Source: Vitrella brassicaformis CCMP3155
Lineage: Eukaryota; Protista; Chromerida
Length of the DNA stretch: 64,000 bases
Direction: 5' to 3'
NCBI GenBank assembly: GCA_001179505.1
Contig: CDMY01000033.1
Location: forward strand, 142,984-206,983
This document shows, in pieces, positions 28,722 to 44,200 of the stretch. A program made the position numbers and the translations under genes. Under the pieces are notes generated by a model. The model had not been told where the DNA came from, searched no databases, and saw nothing but the letters and a program-made list of their open reading frames with translations. Numbering within the stretch: position 1 is the stretch's first letter; every line of letters starts with the position of its first letter.

Positions 28722-29313
28722 CTCGCCTCACCGACCGACGCAAGCAACCACAGATCCTTACGTACTTACTGCCCGCCTGACCGCGAGCCGACCTCGAGCG
28801 AGAAGCACGAGGAGCTGGCTGGTGATATCAGTTGTCCGTGTGGGCGGCCCGGTCGACCTGCACACAACACAGCCACACGCGCACAAGAGAAAGGGCCCTC
28901 GTCAAGTGGCACAGCGGCGTTCGCATCTGTGGGCATCTATCTACCTCGTCGGTCTGCATGTTGGAGCCAGGGGATAGTGCGGCGGTTGCTGGCGTGCCCT
29001 CTCGCACCTGCGCAGACCCCGCTCCCTGCCTGCCGCAGACGAGTGACTGTCTCAGGGCGCCGCAGGTTGTCACCCCGATCTGGCGATTTCTCGGCACAAA
29101 TGAAGCTGCTCGACGCCCGAGATGAAGCTGCGCTGCCGCCCGCAGCAAAGATGCCAAACGATATTGCCCAGATTCGGCAAGCTCGCACATTCCGTGAAAC
29201 CGCTCTCTCTGGAAATGCGAGCTTCGAAACTTCCCCGCGGCACATGAGATGAGTTGAGCGAGGTGTGTTTGTTGGGTGTGGTGTTGTGGACGTACGCGAG
29301 TCGTTCCACCGGC

Positions 29314-30016
29314 ATGATTCATGTCAAAGTTGGAGGATCCGTTCACTGTGAGGTAGATGTGGAGGCGGAGACCATGACGCTGGCGCAGATGAAGCAGCAC
29401 ATCGCAGAGAAAGCCGGTACGTACACACAACACAACGCAGATAGATGGATGGCCGGCATGGCCATCATGGCGCACAGGCATTGCCACTCGCCCATGTGTC
29501 TGATGTCTGAAACGTGTTTGTGGCCCGGCCGCTGTGTGGGTGGATGGATGGATGGATGGTTGCTGTCAGGATTGGACAGCTGGAGTGACTGGAAGGTGAT
29601 CAGCCGCGGCAAAACGCTCACCGACAGAGATGACGACAAAACGCTGCGCACACTGGGGTTCAAGAACGACGTACGCGCCACACCACACACCACCAAACAA
29701 CGCACCAGCAACAGCACATGACAGAATGCCCCGGGTGTGTGTGCGTGTGTGCGTGTGTGGTGGTTGGTTGACTTGACCTACGCGATGCAGACAAGGATAA
29801 TGATCACGTCGGCATCAGCAGGTCGTCAGCAGCTGGCTGCTGACGAGACGGCCCAGTCGGAGGGGCGGGTGGCCGAGAAGAAGGTGGAGCAGATCCTAAA
29901 CACTGCCGCAGAGCTAGCGAGACGCCAGGATGCTGGGACCAGGTACACACACACACACACGGGAGGGAAGGAGGGTCTGTGTGGCGGGTGGGTTTGGTGC
30001 ATGCGATGCTGTGTGG

Positions 30017-30051
<35 letters not shown>

Positions 30052-33000
30052 CAGTGCCCGGCGTCACGACTACTTCGCATCGCTGGAAACGACAGTAGGC
30101 TGTCAGCCACACTCGACGCTACCGATCACCGCATGGAATGCCGTGCGTGTGTTGCGTATGTGCAGTCCGGCGAGGTCATCAACATCCCGAAGCAAGTGGA
30201 GGAGAACCTTAAACTGGTAAGGGGGGCACACACAGCACACCAAATCGCAGCATACACAACGGTTCGCCATCCCTGTGTGTGTGTGTGTGACCCCTCTCTC
30301 CAGGCGATGACGTTGGACGCCAAGGCGCGTGAGATCCGCAGTAGCAGCAACGAGGAGACCGCCCGTGTGCTGCTCGAGAAGGCCCGCGGGGCCATCGAGA
30401 AGGTCCCGGACGAATTCAGAAACATGATCGACAACGACGTACGTCTAGATGGATGGATGGATGGATGGAAGAGCTCTATAGGACACACCACACACCTGTG
30501 GGGGGTTCATGTGGTCTTGGTGTTGTGTTGGTGTTGTTTGCTGTCAGGTGGACATCTATCTGGATCTGGCGTGGTGCTACTTCAAGAAGCAGGAGCTCAG
30601 CCGACTTGACGACTTCGAACAGGCGCTCGCAAAAGCCGAGGTCACACACGCACACACATGACCTACCGACAGCCCACCACAATGGGGGCCTGATTGTGTG
30701 GTGTATGTTGTGTATGTTATGTGCAGACCAAGTTGCAGCGCATGGAGAAGCGTGACCGAGGCGACAAGGCCGAGATGGCCGCACGCAAGGCCAAAAAGGC
30801 ACGGCTGCTCCTACTACAGTGTGAGCGAGGGGGGAACAGAGATTGGGGTGGGCTGCGCAATCCGATCCACCGTCTGCATGTCTGCATGTCTGCGTGTATG
30901 TCTGTCTGTCTGTCTGTCTGTGTGCAGGTGTGGTGGCGTTCTTCAAGGACCGCAAGATGCAAGCGGCCGGCTTCCTCAACGACGGAATAGAAATATGCGA
31001 TGAGGTCAGTCAGTCAGTAAGCCAATCTGTCTGTCAGTCTGTGAGCTAGCTAGTGCTCTCGCGCACCACACACAACACAACACACGTCACGTTGCTTGCG
31101 TGCCACGTATATGTGTGTGTATATTTATGTGTATGTATGTATGTGTCCGTCAATCAGTTCAATGTGCGGGAGGAGCAGATGGCGTACCTGCAGGCAATGG
31201 GTTACCAATTCAGAGAGGCCAAACGGTGCGCTGCGCCAGGGGGGGGGGGGGGGGGGGGNNNNNNNNNNNNNNNNNNNNNNNNNNNNNNNNNNNNNNNNNN
31301 NNNNNNNNNNNNNNNNNNNNNNNNNNNNNNNNNNNNNNNNNNNNNNNNNNNNNNNNNNNNNNNNNNNNNNNNNNNNNNNNNNNNNNNNNNNNNNNNNNNN
31401 NNNNNNNNNNNNNNNNNNNNNNNNNNNNNNNNNNNNNNNNNNNNNNNNNNNNNNNNNNNNNNNNNNNNNNNNNNNNNNNNNNNNNNNNNNNNNNNNNNNN
31501 NNNNNNNNNNNNNNNNNNNNNNNNNNNNNNNNNNNNNNNNNNNNNNNNNNNNNNNNNNGGGGGGGGGGGGGGGGACGGACACACGGATGGATGAAAGGCA
31601 TGTACCCATATGTATGTGTTGTATGTGTGTTGTATGTGTTTGCAGGAGTCTGCGTGCGGTGTGCGGTCGTCGCCGTCTGAGCGGTGACTTTGTGGATATG
31701 GACGACCCCACCATCGTACAGGAGGCTATCGAATTCATCTATGTATGTGCACACACACACACACACACACACACAGAGGGAGGGAGGGAGGAAGGGAGAG
31801 CCCGACGGACCACCGACCATGTGTATGTGTGTGCAGGAGATGCGCGAGAAGCGTTCTGAGCTCAATGGCAAGAATCGAGAGGCAAGCGGGCCACACACGA
31901 CGCGACGTGTGAATTCCTCCTCCCTCCCTTCCTCTGTATGTGTGTGTGGTTTATCAGAAGCACCAGCTGATGTTGAAGCAGAAGCGTCTGGGCAAGTGCC
32001 GCGACGGCAGCTGGGTCAACATGACACTGCTGCAGCAGTTCACACGTACAGTACCTACACAGCACAATGCCACACCACACGTCCGTGCCATGCTATGATT
32101 GATGCACCCACCCACCCATCGTGTCCTGTGTGTGTGTGTGTGTATCAGTCCAGAAGTACCCCGAGAAGGACGTGGTGCGTGTGCTGCAGAAGACCAACAA
32201 TGACCCGCAGGAAACCGAACGCATGCTACAGGGTCAGCAGCAGCACGCACACAATACGGTGCCAGGGATCCATGTGATGTGTGCGTGCGTGTCTATCCAT
32301 CCATCCATCCATCCAGAGGAGGCGCTGTCCAAGTCTATGCTAGAATCGGCCGTAGAAGCTATGGTGGGAGCCTCACTCTCGCGTGTGCGTGTCATCCGAT
32401 GGATCGCTGTCCACATGTGACTGACACAGGTGGGTATGGGTGTTGACGCCGAGCGGGCCCGCGCGGCGCTGCAGCTGACGAGCAACAACTCGATCGACGA
32501 GGCCATGACCATCATCACCACACAAGACACCAACAGCCAGGACTCGGTGCCACCTGCTGCCGCTGCGGCCGCTGCCGCTGCTTCCGAGTCATCACCCTCC
32601 CCTGCTGGCCCACCCAGCCTTGACTTCAGCTGCCTACACAATCCACTGCCGTCTACCAACTTGGAGGTGGGAGGGGAGGGGGAGGGACAGAGAGGACGGA
32701 ATGGCATCCGTCAGTGTGTGGGGGGGCGTGTGTGCAGGAGTGGACGGGCAACGAGTTGTGTGTGGGGTTCGTGTGTGCGTGTGTGATGTGTTGTGTGGCG
32801 ACCCGCCTGTTAGGCGGTGCCACCCTGGCCATGCTCAACACCCAGTGGAACCTCACACCGCCCGACATACCGCCCGACGACGACGACGACGGCGAGGAAG
32901 TCGACTACCAGGCTGAGCAGCTGAACGAGCAGATTGAGGAGCAGTTCGCACACTCACTCCGCAGTAAGAGCAGAGACACACACATACGAGGGATACAGAC

Positions 33001-33699
33001 GGGACGCGTGGAATGGCCTCCCTCTCCCCCTCGCTGTGATGTGATGTGATGTGATGTGTGTATTCCATTTATCCATGATGGCCATTCCATGCCATGCAGC
33101 TCAGAGCGACCCGTATGCGTATCTGGACATTGATTTGAGCGAGGAGCGGGCCTACCTAGACGTCTACCGCAACACATATCTCGAACACCAGCGCAAATTC
33201 GGTAGTTATCTAGGCAACACACACACAACCACCAGACGCGTCATGTCATGTCATGTGTGTCTGTCTTTTCTGATGTTTGCATGACATGGTCCCCATTCCT
33301 CCAGGCGACAGTGGGTGGAGTGGCATGGAGATCCTGCGCGTGGGCGCCCAGGCCCTCTCACACACATCCACGGCATCCTCATCCAGCGGCCCTTCATCGG
33401 CCACATCCGCCGCAGCCACCGTGCCCTTCCCCATGCAGACAGACGACGCACCCAGCCCAATGTCCATCGACCAGCAGCCGCAGCAACAGCAGCAGGAGGG
33501 TGGTGGTGGTGGCCAGGAGGGGCAAGACCAGCCTATGGACGACAGTGGCGGTGACAATGACAATGCCAATGACAATGGCAGTGGCAACGCGGCGGAAGAG
33601 GGTGAGGGTGAGGGTGAGGATGGTGGCGCGCGGAAGCGGCACTGTGGCGAGGGCAAGGCCAAAGACAAGGAGCCAGAGGACGGGCATGGCAACAAGTGA
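29314..33699 (+). CDS. NUB1: NUB1 (NEDD8 ultimate buster 1)-like: N-terminal UBL, central helical region, UBA domains
   Basis: UBL-like MIHVKVGG...WKVISRGKTL, then LDLAWCYF, ARLLLLQGVVAFF, LQAMGY, KRLGKCRDGSWVN, UBA-like VGMGVDAERARAALQLTSNNSIDEA, and C-terminal YAYLDIDLSEERAYL. Many phase-compatible introns. Confidence 0.8.
31259..31558. other. Assembly gap (300 N) flanked by poly-G, in a NUB1 intron
   Basis: N run with G homopolymers on both sides. Confidence 0.95.
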
Positions 33700-34434
33700 T
33701 ATACAGCCAGACAGACAGACAGAGAGGTGCACTCACTGCACAGGCAGCTAACAGACGGCTGGCTGGCTGGCCCACTGGACTGTCCAATCCGATGCAATGC
33801 GGACGGACGTAGCATCCATCCATCCATCGATCCATCGATCCATCCACCATCCCATCCACACGGCACAGAAAGGGAAGGACGTTACTTTTTGCAAGCAGCT
33901 TTGTCATTCCGACACACCCACAGACATGTGCGTGTGCGTGTGCGTGGTTGGTGCATGACATCAAGGTATGTGCGTTCTGCTGCCAGGGTGGGTGTTGTGT
34001 TGTGTATCATATCATAGCTTGGGCGACGATAGAGAGTCACGAGACAAATCCATGCGCTGATATGTGAAGGGCATTCTTTGTTCGATGCGGTTCATCGACA
34101 TGCACAGAGGCAATCCAAATGTCGTCATGTGTGTGTGTACTGCTTGTGCGTCTGCAGACCTGACCGCTGCAGTGGCAGTTGACATACTACCACCGACCCT
34201 TGTCAAGGCAGACACACAACACAACAGCACCCCACACGAGAATCACCACTGGCGGGACGGGATCAGCAAGCAGCACATGAGACCGCCACACCGACCATCC
34301 ATCCATCGTGACATCCATCCATCGTGACAGCAAAAAGACCACTCACGTCTGTCTGTCTGTCTGTACACAAGGAGGCTGGGCAGGTAGGCTACAACCCATC
34401 ACATACACACACACACACGACCCACCCTCATCTC

Positions 34435-35394
34435 TCATCTCTTGGCAAGTTTGCTCAGCAATGGCGCCCTACTCGGCTTCTGTTTCGCCAGCAGCCCCTC
34501 GATGCGACTCCTCGGCCCGTCCGAGCGGAGGAAGCCGTTGCCGTTGCGCGCCTTCTTGGCTACCGCATCTGCCAATGCCGCTGCGGGCGCACTGCGCTTC
34601 TTGCCGCCCGCCCCGTTGCCGCTGCCGTCGAATATCGACTGTGTCTCGATGTTCTTGCGCCTGTGGTGTTGCCGCACGGTGGCACTGGCGCCCTTGAAGC
34701 GCACGGCAGACGCCTCGACGCGGTCCTCGTGGCTCTCGTCGAGCAGGGGCATGGCGAAGTTTTTGGGTTTGCTGTCCTCCTCCTTCTGCCGCTCGATCTC
34801 CTCCTTCTCGGACCGGAATGTCCGCCGCAGGGCCGAGTTGAGGGCGTAGTGGTCCTCGCGATCGTCCTGCAGGTCGATGAGGGCCTCGAGTGCCGACTTC
34901 TTGGCCTCGGCCTTGCTCTTGTCGTCGGCAGTCTTCTCGAGTCTCAGCATGGGGTCAGCCCTGATGGCGGCCTGCTCCTCCTGTGACGGCAGCTCGGGCA
35001 GGTCGGCGTCCTTGGCGTCCCAGGTCTCGACCTTCTTGTGCAGGCCCTCGAGGATGACGTACTCGCACTGCTCGGGGTCGGTCTTGATGGCGAATGTGTT
35101 GTCGCAGTAGTAGCACGTCATGCGGAACTCCCAAATCTTGGTGGTGTAGTAGTTGCCGATGCACTTCTTCTCGGCGTTGAACCGCACCCCCTTGGCGATG
35201 TAGGAGCCGCACTTGGTGCAGATGCACTTGAACGGCAGCTCGAACCGGATGATGAGGATGCCCTCGTGCAGCCGCTTGGCGCGGTCGCCGAGGGCGCCGT
35301 GGGAGCCGCGGTACTTGTTGAGGGAGCCATGCTGAGGCCCGTAGGACGGACCGTAGTAGTAGTTGTCCGCACGAGCAGCCGCTAACGAGCTCAT
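34435..35394 (-). CDS. YJU2B: CWC16-family splicing factor CCDC130/YJU2B, intronless
   Basis: ARADNYYY, IRFELPF-CxxC, KGVRFNAEKKCIGNYYTTKIWEFRMTC-xx-C...KTDP. Confidence 0.92.
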   Translation of the reverse strand: MSSLAAARADNYYYGPSYGPQHGSLNKYRGSHGALGDRAKRLHEGILIIRFELPFKCICTKCGSYIAKGVRFNAEKKCIGNYYTTKIWEFRMTCYYCDNTFAIKTDPEQCEYVILEGLHKKVETWDAKDADLPELPSQEEQAAIRADPMLRLEKTADDKSKAEAKKSALEALIDLQDDREDHYALNSALRRTFRSEKEEIERQKEEDSKPKNFAMPLLDESHEDRVEASAVRFKGASATVRQHHRRKNIETQSIFDGSGNGAGGKKRSAPAAALADAVAKKARNGNGFLRSDGPRSRIEGLLAKQKPSRAPLLSKLAKR

Positions 35395-35735
35395 GATGCC
35401 AACACAAACCGACCAAACAACGTGTCACTGACCAACCAGCGAGAAACCTAACAAAGCCGCTCTTGCAGCAGAAACAAACACTGTCGCTCGTTTTCCTCAC
35501 AGCAGCATTCCCTCTTTGTGCGAGCTGAGATTTCTCGTGAAACGTATGCCTACTGACGTGTTTCCATACTGCCTCAGGCGAAGGAATTTGACGTTCTTTC
35601 GCACTCCTGTCACAGTTCAGCACTTTCCCGTGTTGAAAACCGCTGTTATCGCTACATCCCGGCTTGTCGTGTGTTAGCACGTAGCTATCGGAGCTGTGAA
35701 GTCCCTTTGCATCGCTTGGAGGTACCGCTGACAGA

Positions 35736-37673
<1,938 letters not shown>

Positions 37674-38201
37674 GGTCCTTGTTTGACTCGAAGATAGGCA
37701 GCCAGCGGGGTAGCGGCTGGTTGATGGAGGGGGCGGGTTGGGGATGAGTGTATGGTGACAATGGTGTGCAGGAGGGGTGGCATGGTGTCGTGGACTGACT
37801 GATTCCATGTGTTGCATGCGTGTGTCTGTATGTGGTGCCGACACACCTGTTTGCACACAAGAGAAGTACAGTGCCTCGGCCGCAGTCTTGTCAGCCGCCG
37901 TTTGGATGTCCATCATGGCGGGCTGCACCACAGCTACAAAAGCGGGTGTGTTGCAGACCGTCAAGGTGGGCTTCTCCATGGCGGCGTAAAGGGGGACGGA
38001 CAGACGGATGTATCATGAATGGAAGATAGACCGACGGAGAGTGTATCTCGTTCGTACTCCGAGAATTTCGTGCCTTCACCCATGTGTGGAAACCCATGTG
38101 TCAAACCAATGTGAAAAATGTCCAAGCCAACGCCGCCATTCGGCGTGCTCACCAAACAAAACATTGCCAGCAGCATCGACTGTAGCAAAACACGAAACTC
38201 G

Positions 38202-41200
38202 TCAGGTATCGGCCCTCTTCTGCACTCTTGCACACCTGTCTGTCTGGCGCTGGCCCCTGTTGTGGGCAAAAACGCCCACACAGGCCATCAACATCGCACC
38301 CATCGCCACGACATAGCGGGGCATTGACAAAATACACAAGACAGCAACCAACAGAATCGCGACAAAGACAGCAACAAACACCCCCCATCCACCACCCGAC
38401 ATCGGCGGTGTGGCGTCCCTGTCGGCGGCTGTGTGGGGCTGCATTGACTCCTGGGTAGACAAAGAGGCGGTGAACGACACGTCCACATCCCGCTTCACCA
38501 GCTTGCCGGCACTCGTCCCCTCCCCCCTCCTCTCGCGATGATGCCGCCTGCCTGGCCGTGGGGGACGGCGCCCACTGCTGCGATCCGGTCGGCCCCCCCT
38601 CTCCCCTCCCCCCTGTAGGCCAGTCGACTCCTCGAGAGGGAACTGATAGTGCTGGCTGATGTACTCCCACGCCTCCTTCCATGAGCCCACACAGCGTTCG
38701 GCACCGCCCTCATGCAGATTGGAGGTCGGCTCGGCCCCCCAGCCCACACCCACGGGGGTCACGCCGGCGTTGCGGGCCATCTGCATGTCCAGCCTAGCAT
38801 CGCCGAGAAAGAGGGCGTTCTGCTGGTCCACGCCGAGCTCCGACAGGATCTCTGTGACCATTTGTGGGTTTGGCTTGCCGAGACATTCTGTCGGTGTTCG
38901 GGAGGCCGCGAAGAGGGGCCGGAAGCCGGTTGAGTCGAGCTGCACGTTGAGGCCGCGGCGGGACTTGCCCGTGGCCACCGCCAGACGGACACCACGACGC
39001 CGGAGGGCATCAAGGAAGTTGCGGGACCCGTCGAACGGCTCAACCTGACGAAAAGAATGAAGACAATGTTGCAATGGGGACCTCTGTATGTGTATGTGTG
39101 TGTGTAGATCGATGTACCTGTGTCTCGATTTCCCTCCAGTGTGTGCGGTATGCGGCCTTGATCTCTTCGTGCGTCTCTTGGTCATCGTCCGGACAGAGCA
39201 CCAGGGGCACGTCATCGATCGACAGGCCAATCGTCTCGCGAATCTCCCTCTCCAGACGCCTCTCGTCCATCGGCGGATCAGGCTCATGGCCACAGTCACC
39301 AGAACCATCAGCCGCCTGCCGTCTCCTCTTGTTGTCGCGAGCGGTCTTCTTGCCCTCCTTGACGGCCCTTGCCCAGCACCGGATGATCGACGTCACCGAA
39401 TCGACCACAGTGCCGTCCCTGGTGCAAGAAGCATTACAGTGGCCCATGCATACACCGCTGCGCACCTGCCCCGGTCACCCACTTACCAGTCGAAGCAGAC
39501 GCATCGCAGGACGGGCTTGTCGGAGACCGCCTCCCTCACATCGTGGCCGACAGCCGCCTCGTCATGACAAACATCGTCTGGCGGGTCGTTCCCCTCCTCG
39601 CCGCTAGCCCTCTCGTCCCCAGCATCCTGCTGCCCTTGGTCATCACCCGGCGGATCGGCAGATGCCGTGGCGGCCACATCGCCACTCTCCGTCGCGCCCC
39701 TGGTAGGAGCAGGGGCGTGCTGGTACACAGGGGGCTCCTCAGTGAGATCATCAAAGGAATTCCTTTGCACAGATTGGCCCTCGTCAGATGGCGACACGGG
39801 AGAGGCCATGGCGTCGGGGCATGAAGGGGAGCGCCGTGGGGTGGGGGGAAGAGACGGGGGGAGGGAGAACGACATGCTGGTACGGAGGCCGCCCAGTCTC
39901 GATACAACGATGTCCTCATGCCCGAGACGCAACCGATCGACCTCTTTAAGAGTCAGTTCCCGCACAGGCTTGTTGTCGGGGCCCTCGACCGCGATGGATT
40001 GCGCCTCTGTCGGCTCGGGGAGGGCGCTTGTCGAGACCGTCGCCTGCTCCGGCGCCGCGCTCGTGGCAGCATCCACAGTTGAAACGGGTGTGGGTGTGGG
40101 CGCTTCCGGCACAGCTGCCGGTGGCTGCTGTGACTCTCCCTCAATCACGTCGTCCGATGCCAGTCTCCTTGTGTCGTCATAGGGGGTGGCTGTGGGCACA
40201 TCAGCGACATCAGGGGCCAGGGTGATGGCCGCATAAGGGATGGCTGGGGGAGGTGTGGGTGTGGCGTGGTCAGAGGGCGACGCCTCGCTCAGGTCCAGCG
40301 ACACGCATTTGTCGACCACACTCGCCGGCCGGCTGGCACTGTCCGCCTTGCCGGAGGCTGCGGTCTTGTCCTGTGGAGACATGACAGCGTCCTCTAGGAT
40401 CGCCATGATATCTTCCGCTGCCTCGTCGAAGAACGCCTCGTCGTCCATCTCACTGCCCACAACCACGTCGTGCCCTTGAGGCAGCAGCGGTGGTGGCGAC
40501 ACCAGCCGAGCGCCCTTGTCCCACTGGTCGTCTGCAACCACACGCGTGAACCTCTCGGTGCACGCCGTGCAGCCGCTGGGGACCATGTAAGATGGGATGG
40601 AGGAGAGGCCCTCAAACATGGACCCCTGGGGGGCCGACTGGTGGTTGAGCAGCTGGGACTGCAGCTGCTCAACCGTCTTGGGAGGGGAGCGGGATGACGC
40701 CGACACGGGGACGGCAGACGCAGAGGAGAGGAAGGATATGGGAGACCCGAGGGCGTTGGTGGCGTCTGGGAGCATGGTCTCGTCGAGGGGGTGCTGCTGC
40801 AGGGTGAGCCGATTGAACCGCTTCCATGCACGTTGGGAGGTCAGCAGATGGGGGCCGGTGGGCACGGTGAGGGTGCCATGGTGCTCTTGGTCCTCATCGA
40901 TGCTGGCCTGATGGGACTGCCACTGCCACTCCTTGTGCGCATCGATGGCGAAGGAAAGCTCCTGCCGCCTCCTGTGTGTCATGACGTAGCCGGTCGCCTC
41001 CATCTCGTTGTTCCTGGCGGACATCGGGGTGACCGACCGGGTGTTGACAGAGGGGGTGAAAGAGAACACCGACTCGACATGTTGATCATGTTGCTGCCGT
41101 GGTCTTGCCTTCTTCTGGCCGTCCCTGACAGGGCTGAGCACCGCAGGGGCAAAGCGGTCGAACGGCGATCGACCTATGTGTCTGGCATCCCTCAGCGGCC

Positions 41201-44200
41201 CCGCGTCCCACTCCACCCGCGGCACCTTGCCCTTCTCCCTCACCACTTTGCCGGTCTCGGGCACGTCTGCCGGTGTGAGCAGCAGCCCTTCCTTAGTCCG
41301 CCGCAGCGTGAAGGCCAGGCTGTCGATGGGCACCTGCATCACCGCCCTCGGCTTCCGATGAGGACGCCGCGGACGCTGGCGCGCGCGTCGAGCAGGTGAC
41401 GGGGGATTCTGGGCATGCGAGGGTGCGTCGTGACGCATTGAGGGTCCTGCCGTGTAGGCCGCCGTGTGGGTCTCCTGGTCCTCCCCTCCCCAGGGCGACA
41501 GCGACACCGGCGTCTCATCGCCTGGGACCAGAGGCACCTCGACGGGCTCGGCAGACACCACATGCGGCCCTTTCTTCCGTGAGTGGCGCCGTTTGTCCAC
41601 CAGCACAGTGCCGCTCTTGCGTCTCGTCGTGTCGGGGGGCTCCGCATGCGTCCTGGGCGTCGGCTCGAGGCGTCTCTCGGCCTGGGGTAGAGCCGCAACC
41701 TTCTCATCTTCTTCTCCAACTGACTGGTCGCTGGTTGCTCTTGACGGCAGAGACGGCGACAGCGATGCCACGGTGTCGGCACGGGTGGCTCGCTGCCGCT
41801 CGGGCGGCCTCCTTGCCATCGATGGAGCTCGTGAAGAGCCGGTCCGCCTGCGAATGTGAAGAACCGGTGACGAGACTGACCGCCTGGCCGTCGCAAACCT
41901 GACGGTCGAGGGGGTCTTGCCGGTGGATGTGGCTGACGCAGGGGAGCCTGGTGAAGCTATGGTTCGACGTGTCTTGGTGGTGCCAAGGGGGGCGCTGAGC
42001 CGAGATGCCGGTGCTGTCTTGTTAAAATCGCTCTGGTAGGACCCCCTCCCTGCTGCGACGTAGGGCGTTGGTGGCAGGCTGATGGCGTCGATGCCGCTCC
42101 GCTGCTTCCTCCTCCTCGCTGCGCCCTTGGAAGTTGGCTTGCGACGGAACGAGCGACGAGATGTTGTGATTGTCTCCTTCAGATGCACGTCCACCCACTC
42201 GGGCACCATAGCTATCTTGGAATCGAGCCGCTCAATGCCCCCGTGACCCGCCAGACGACCGAGCGACAGCCGGCCCATCCGACCCGTCAGCGACCTGCGC
42301 TTTGAGCGAGAAGGGGGGCGGGATTGCTGCCCCTGCTGTTGGTGCTGGTTGGCTGTGGATGGCCGTCTGCCCCTTGCTGCAGGGTGAGACCGCGGTGAAC
42401 CGGTGGGCTCGCGTGCCGGGGGCTTGGGGGCCGCCGATGAGAGCACAGGGGGCATTGTGGACGCCTGTCCCCTCTTCTTTCTGGTCACCACCGGGGGACT
42501 CGACAATGGCAGGGATATCCCCTTCTCGCTGGGCGGCGGTGACGGTGACGACACGTCGGGCGCCGAATGACGAAACGCGGCTGCCTTGGCCAGGGGCACC
42601 GCCTTCGCCGCAGGCTCCACATCTCTCTGCTGCGGCGTGGGGATCGTCACAGCTGCCGCATCCGTCACCTTGGCCGGTACAGCTTTTCTCGCCCGCATCA
42701 GGGGGCCGCCAGCGGTCTGCTCCACGATGCTGCCTCTGGCGATGGGGATGATGTCGACGCGTCCCGATGGCTGCACGTCGATGCCGAGGATTGCGTGCTG
42801 CGAGTCGAGCCTCTTGCTGGGAGGTGATGTGCGCTGGTCCAGGAGCTGCAGGGTTTCGGATGGAGACGTAGGACCCGCTGCGGCAGCTTCGGGCTGCATG
42901 GCTTCACGTGCAGTCTCGATGTACTCGTCGCAGAGGTCCATCATCGACCTGTGGACAACCGCACCTCCCTCCCTAAGACAGACACAGAGCCCACAAAAGG
43001 AACCATCCATCCATCCATCCACCGATGCGCATCGATCGTCGGTCTTTTCTTGCTTACTGTGTGTGTTGGTACTGGATGTTGAAGAACATGGCAAGGTTCC
43101 AATACACCTCTGGCGCCTTGAGGCGCAAGATCTGGGAGGACGGGCACCGCTGACCCCACATACGGCTATCCATATCGGGAAACGAATACGAATAGCCAAA
43201 GCTGAGCCGCTCCCCGCCCGACTGAGAGGGCGACATCGACATCGATGCCGCCGCCGGCGACCCCCCCTCCGTCTGCGATGCAGCCATGGGCGCGACGGTC
43301 GAAAGGCTGACTCCCGTCATCTCGGCCAGGATGGTGAGGATGCCCATGAGAGTCAGGAAGGGCACCTCCCGGCCGGCGTCGCCCGCCTGTGTGGCCGAGG
43401 AGAGCACGAAGTAGGGGGGCTTGAGGGCAGGGTCCTGCCCACACTTGCCGCACGCCACAGTGACGCTCTCTGCCTGCCAGCTGCGGAGCGACTGGATGCT
43501 GCGCCGGCCGGGCTGCGTGTCTTGCAGGTGGTGCCTGTCGGTGGAGTAGAGGCCCACGGCCGCCTTGAGGCGGATGGTGGGTGAGTCTGTGAGGGGGGCG
43601 GCGCAGGAGAGAGACGGGCAGGAGAAGCCGGGAACCCCCGTGCAGCGGCGATAAATCTAGAGAGAAAGAAGCGACCAAGGACAAAGCGTCATGCGTGCAC
43701 GGTTGGCTCTCCGGTTGTCGTTTGCTCTCACCTCCCAGAAGGCGATCTTGAATCCACATGTCGGGCACTGCGAGCCACACTCGACCACGTCACGCAGCGC
43801 CCCCCACAGCAACGCATCCTCCTCCCCCTCCATCCCCGCCAGCTGCCGCATCGCCCGCTCGAAGGGCGTGTCCAACATGATCCCATTCAGCAACATCGTC
43901 AGGGCGTCGGCGAACTGCCCCGCCATCATGTTGGTGGTGCTGCGGGGCGACCGCGCCGCGCGGGCCATGTTGCGGAAGACGGGCGATGTGCCCAGGTCGG
44001 GGGAGACAGACGGTGAGGGATGAAGGCTGGGAGAGGGAGGGGGGGAGGCCGAGGAGGACGAGTGGCGGGAGGGCTGCTCGGGGCTCCCGAGCCGCAGCTG
44101 CAGCCATGGCCACCTGTCGCTCCCCCATGGCACCGGAAAGCGCGCGGGGTCCAGCTGCCGGACTGGGAATGGGCGGCCCTTCACAAGTAGGTCCATCAAC

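Noticed and set aside
31240-31574. Poly-G tracts as a functional G-quadruplex element
   Set aside because: They flank an N gap; true length and sequence are unknown and may be an artefact.
35460-35735. Heat-shock elements in the polyubiquitin promoter
   Set aside because: GAA/TTC units are present but not in canonical nGAAnnTTCn spacing.
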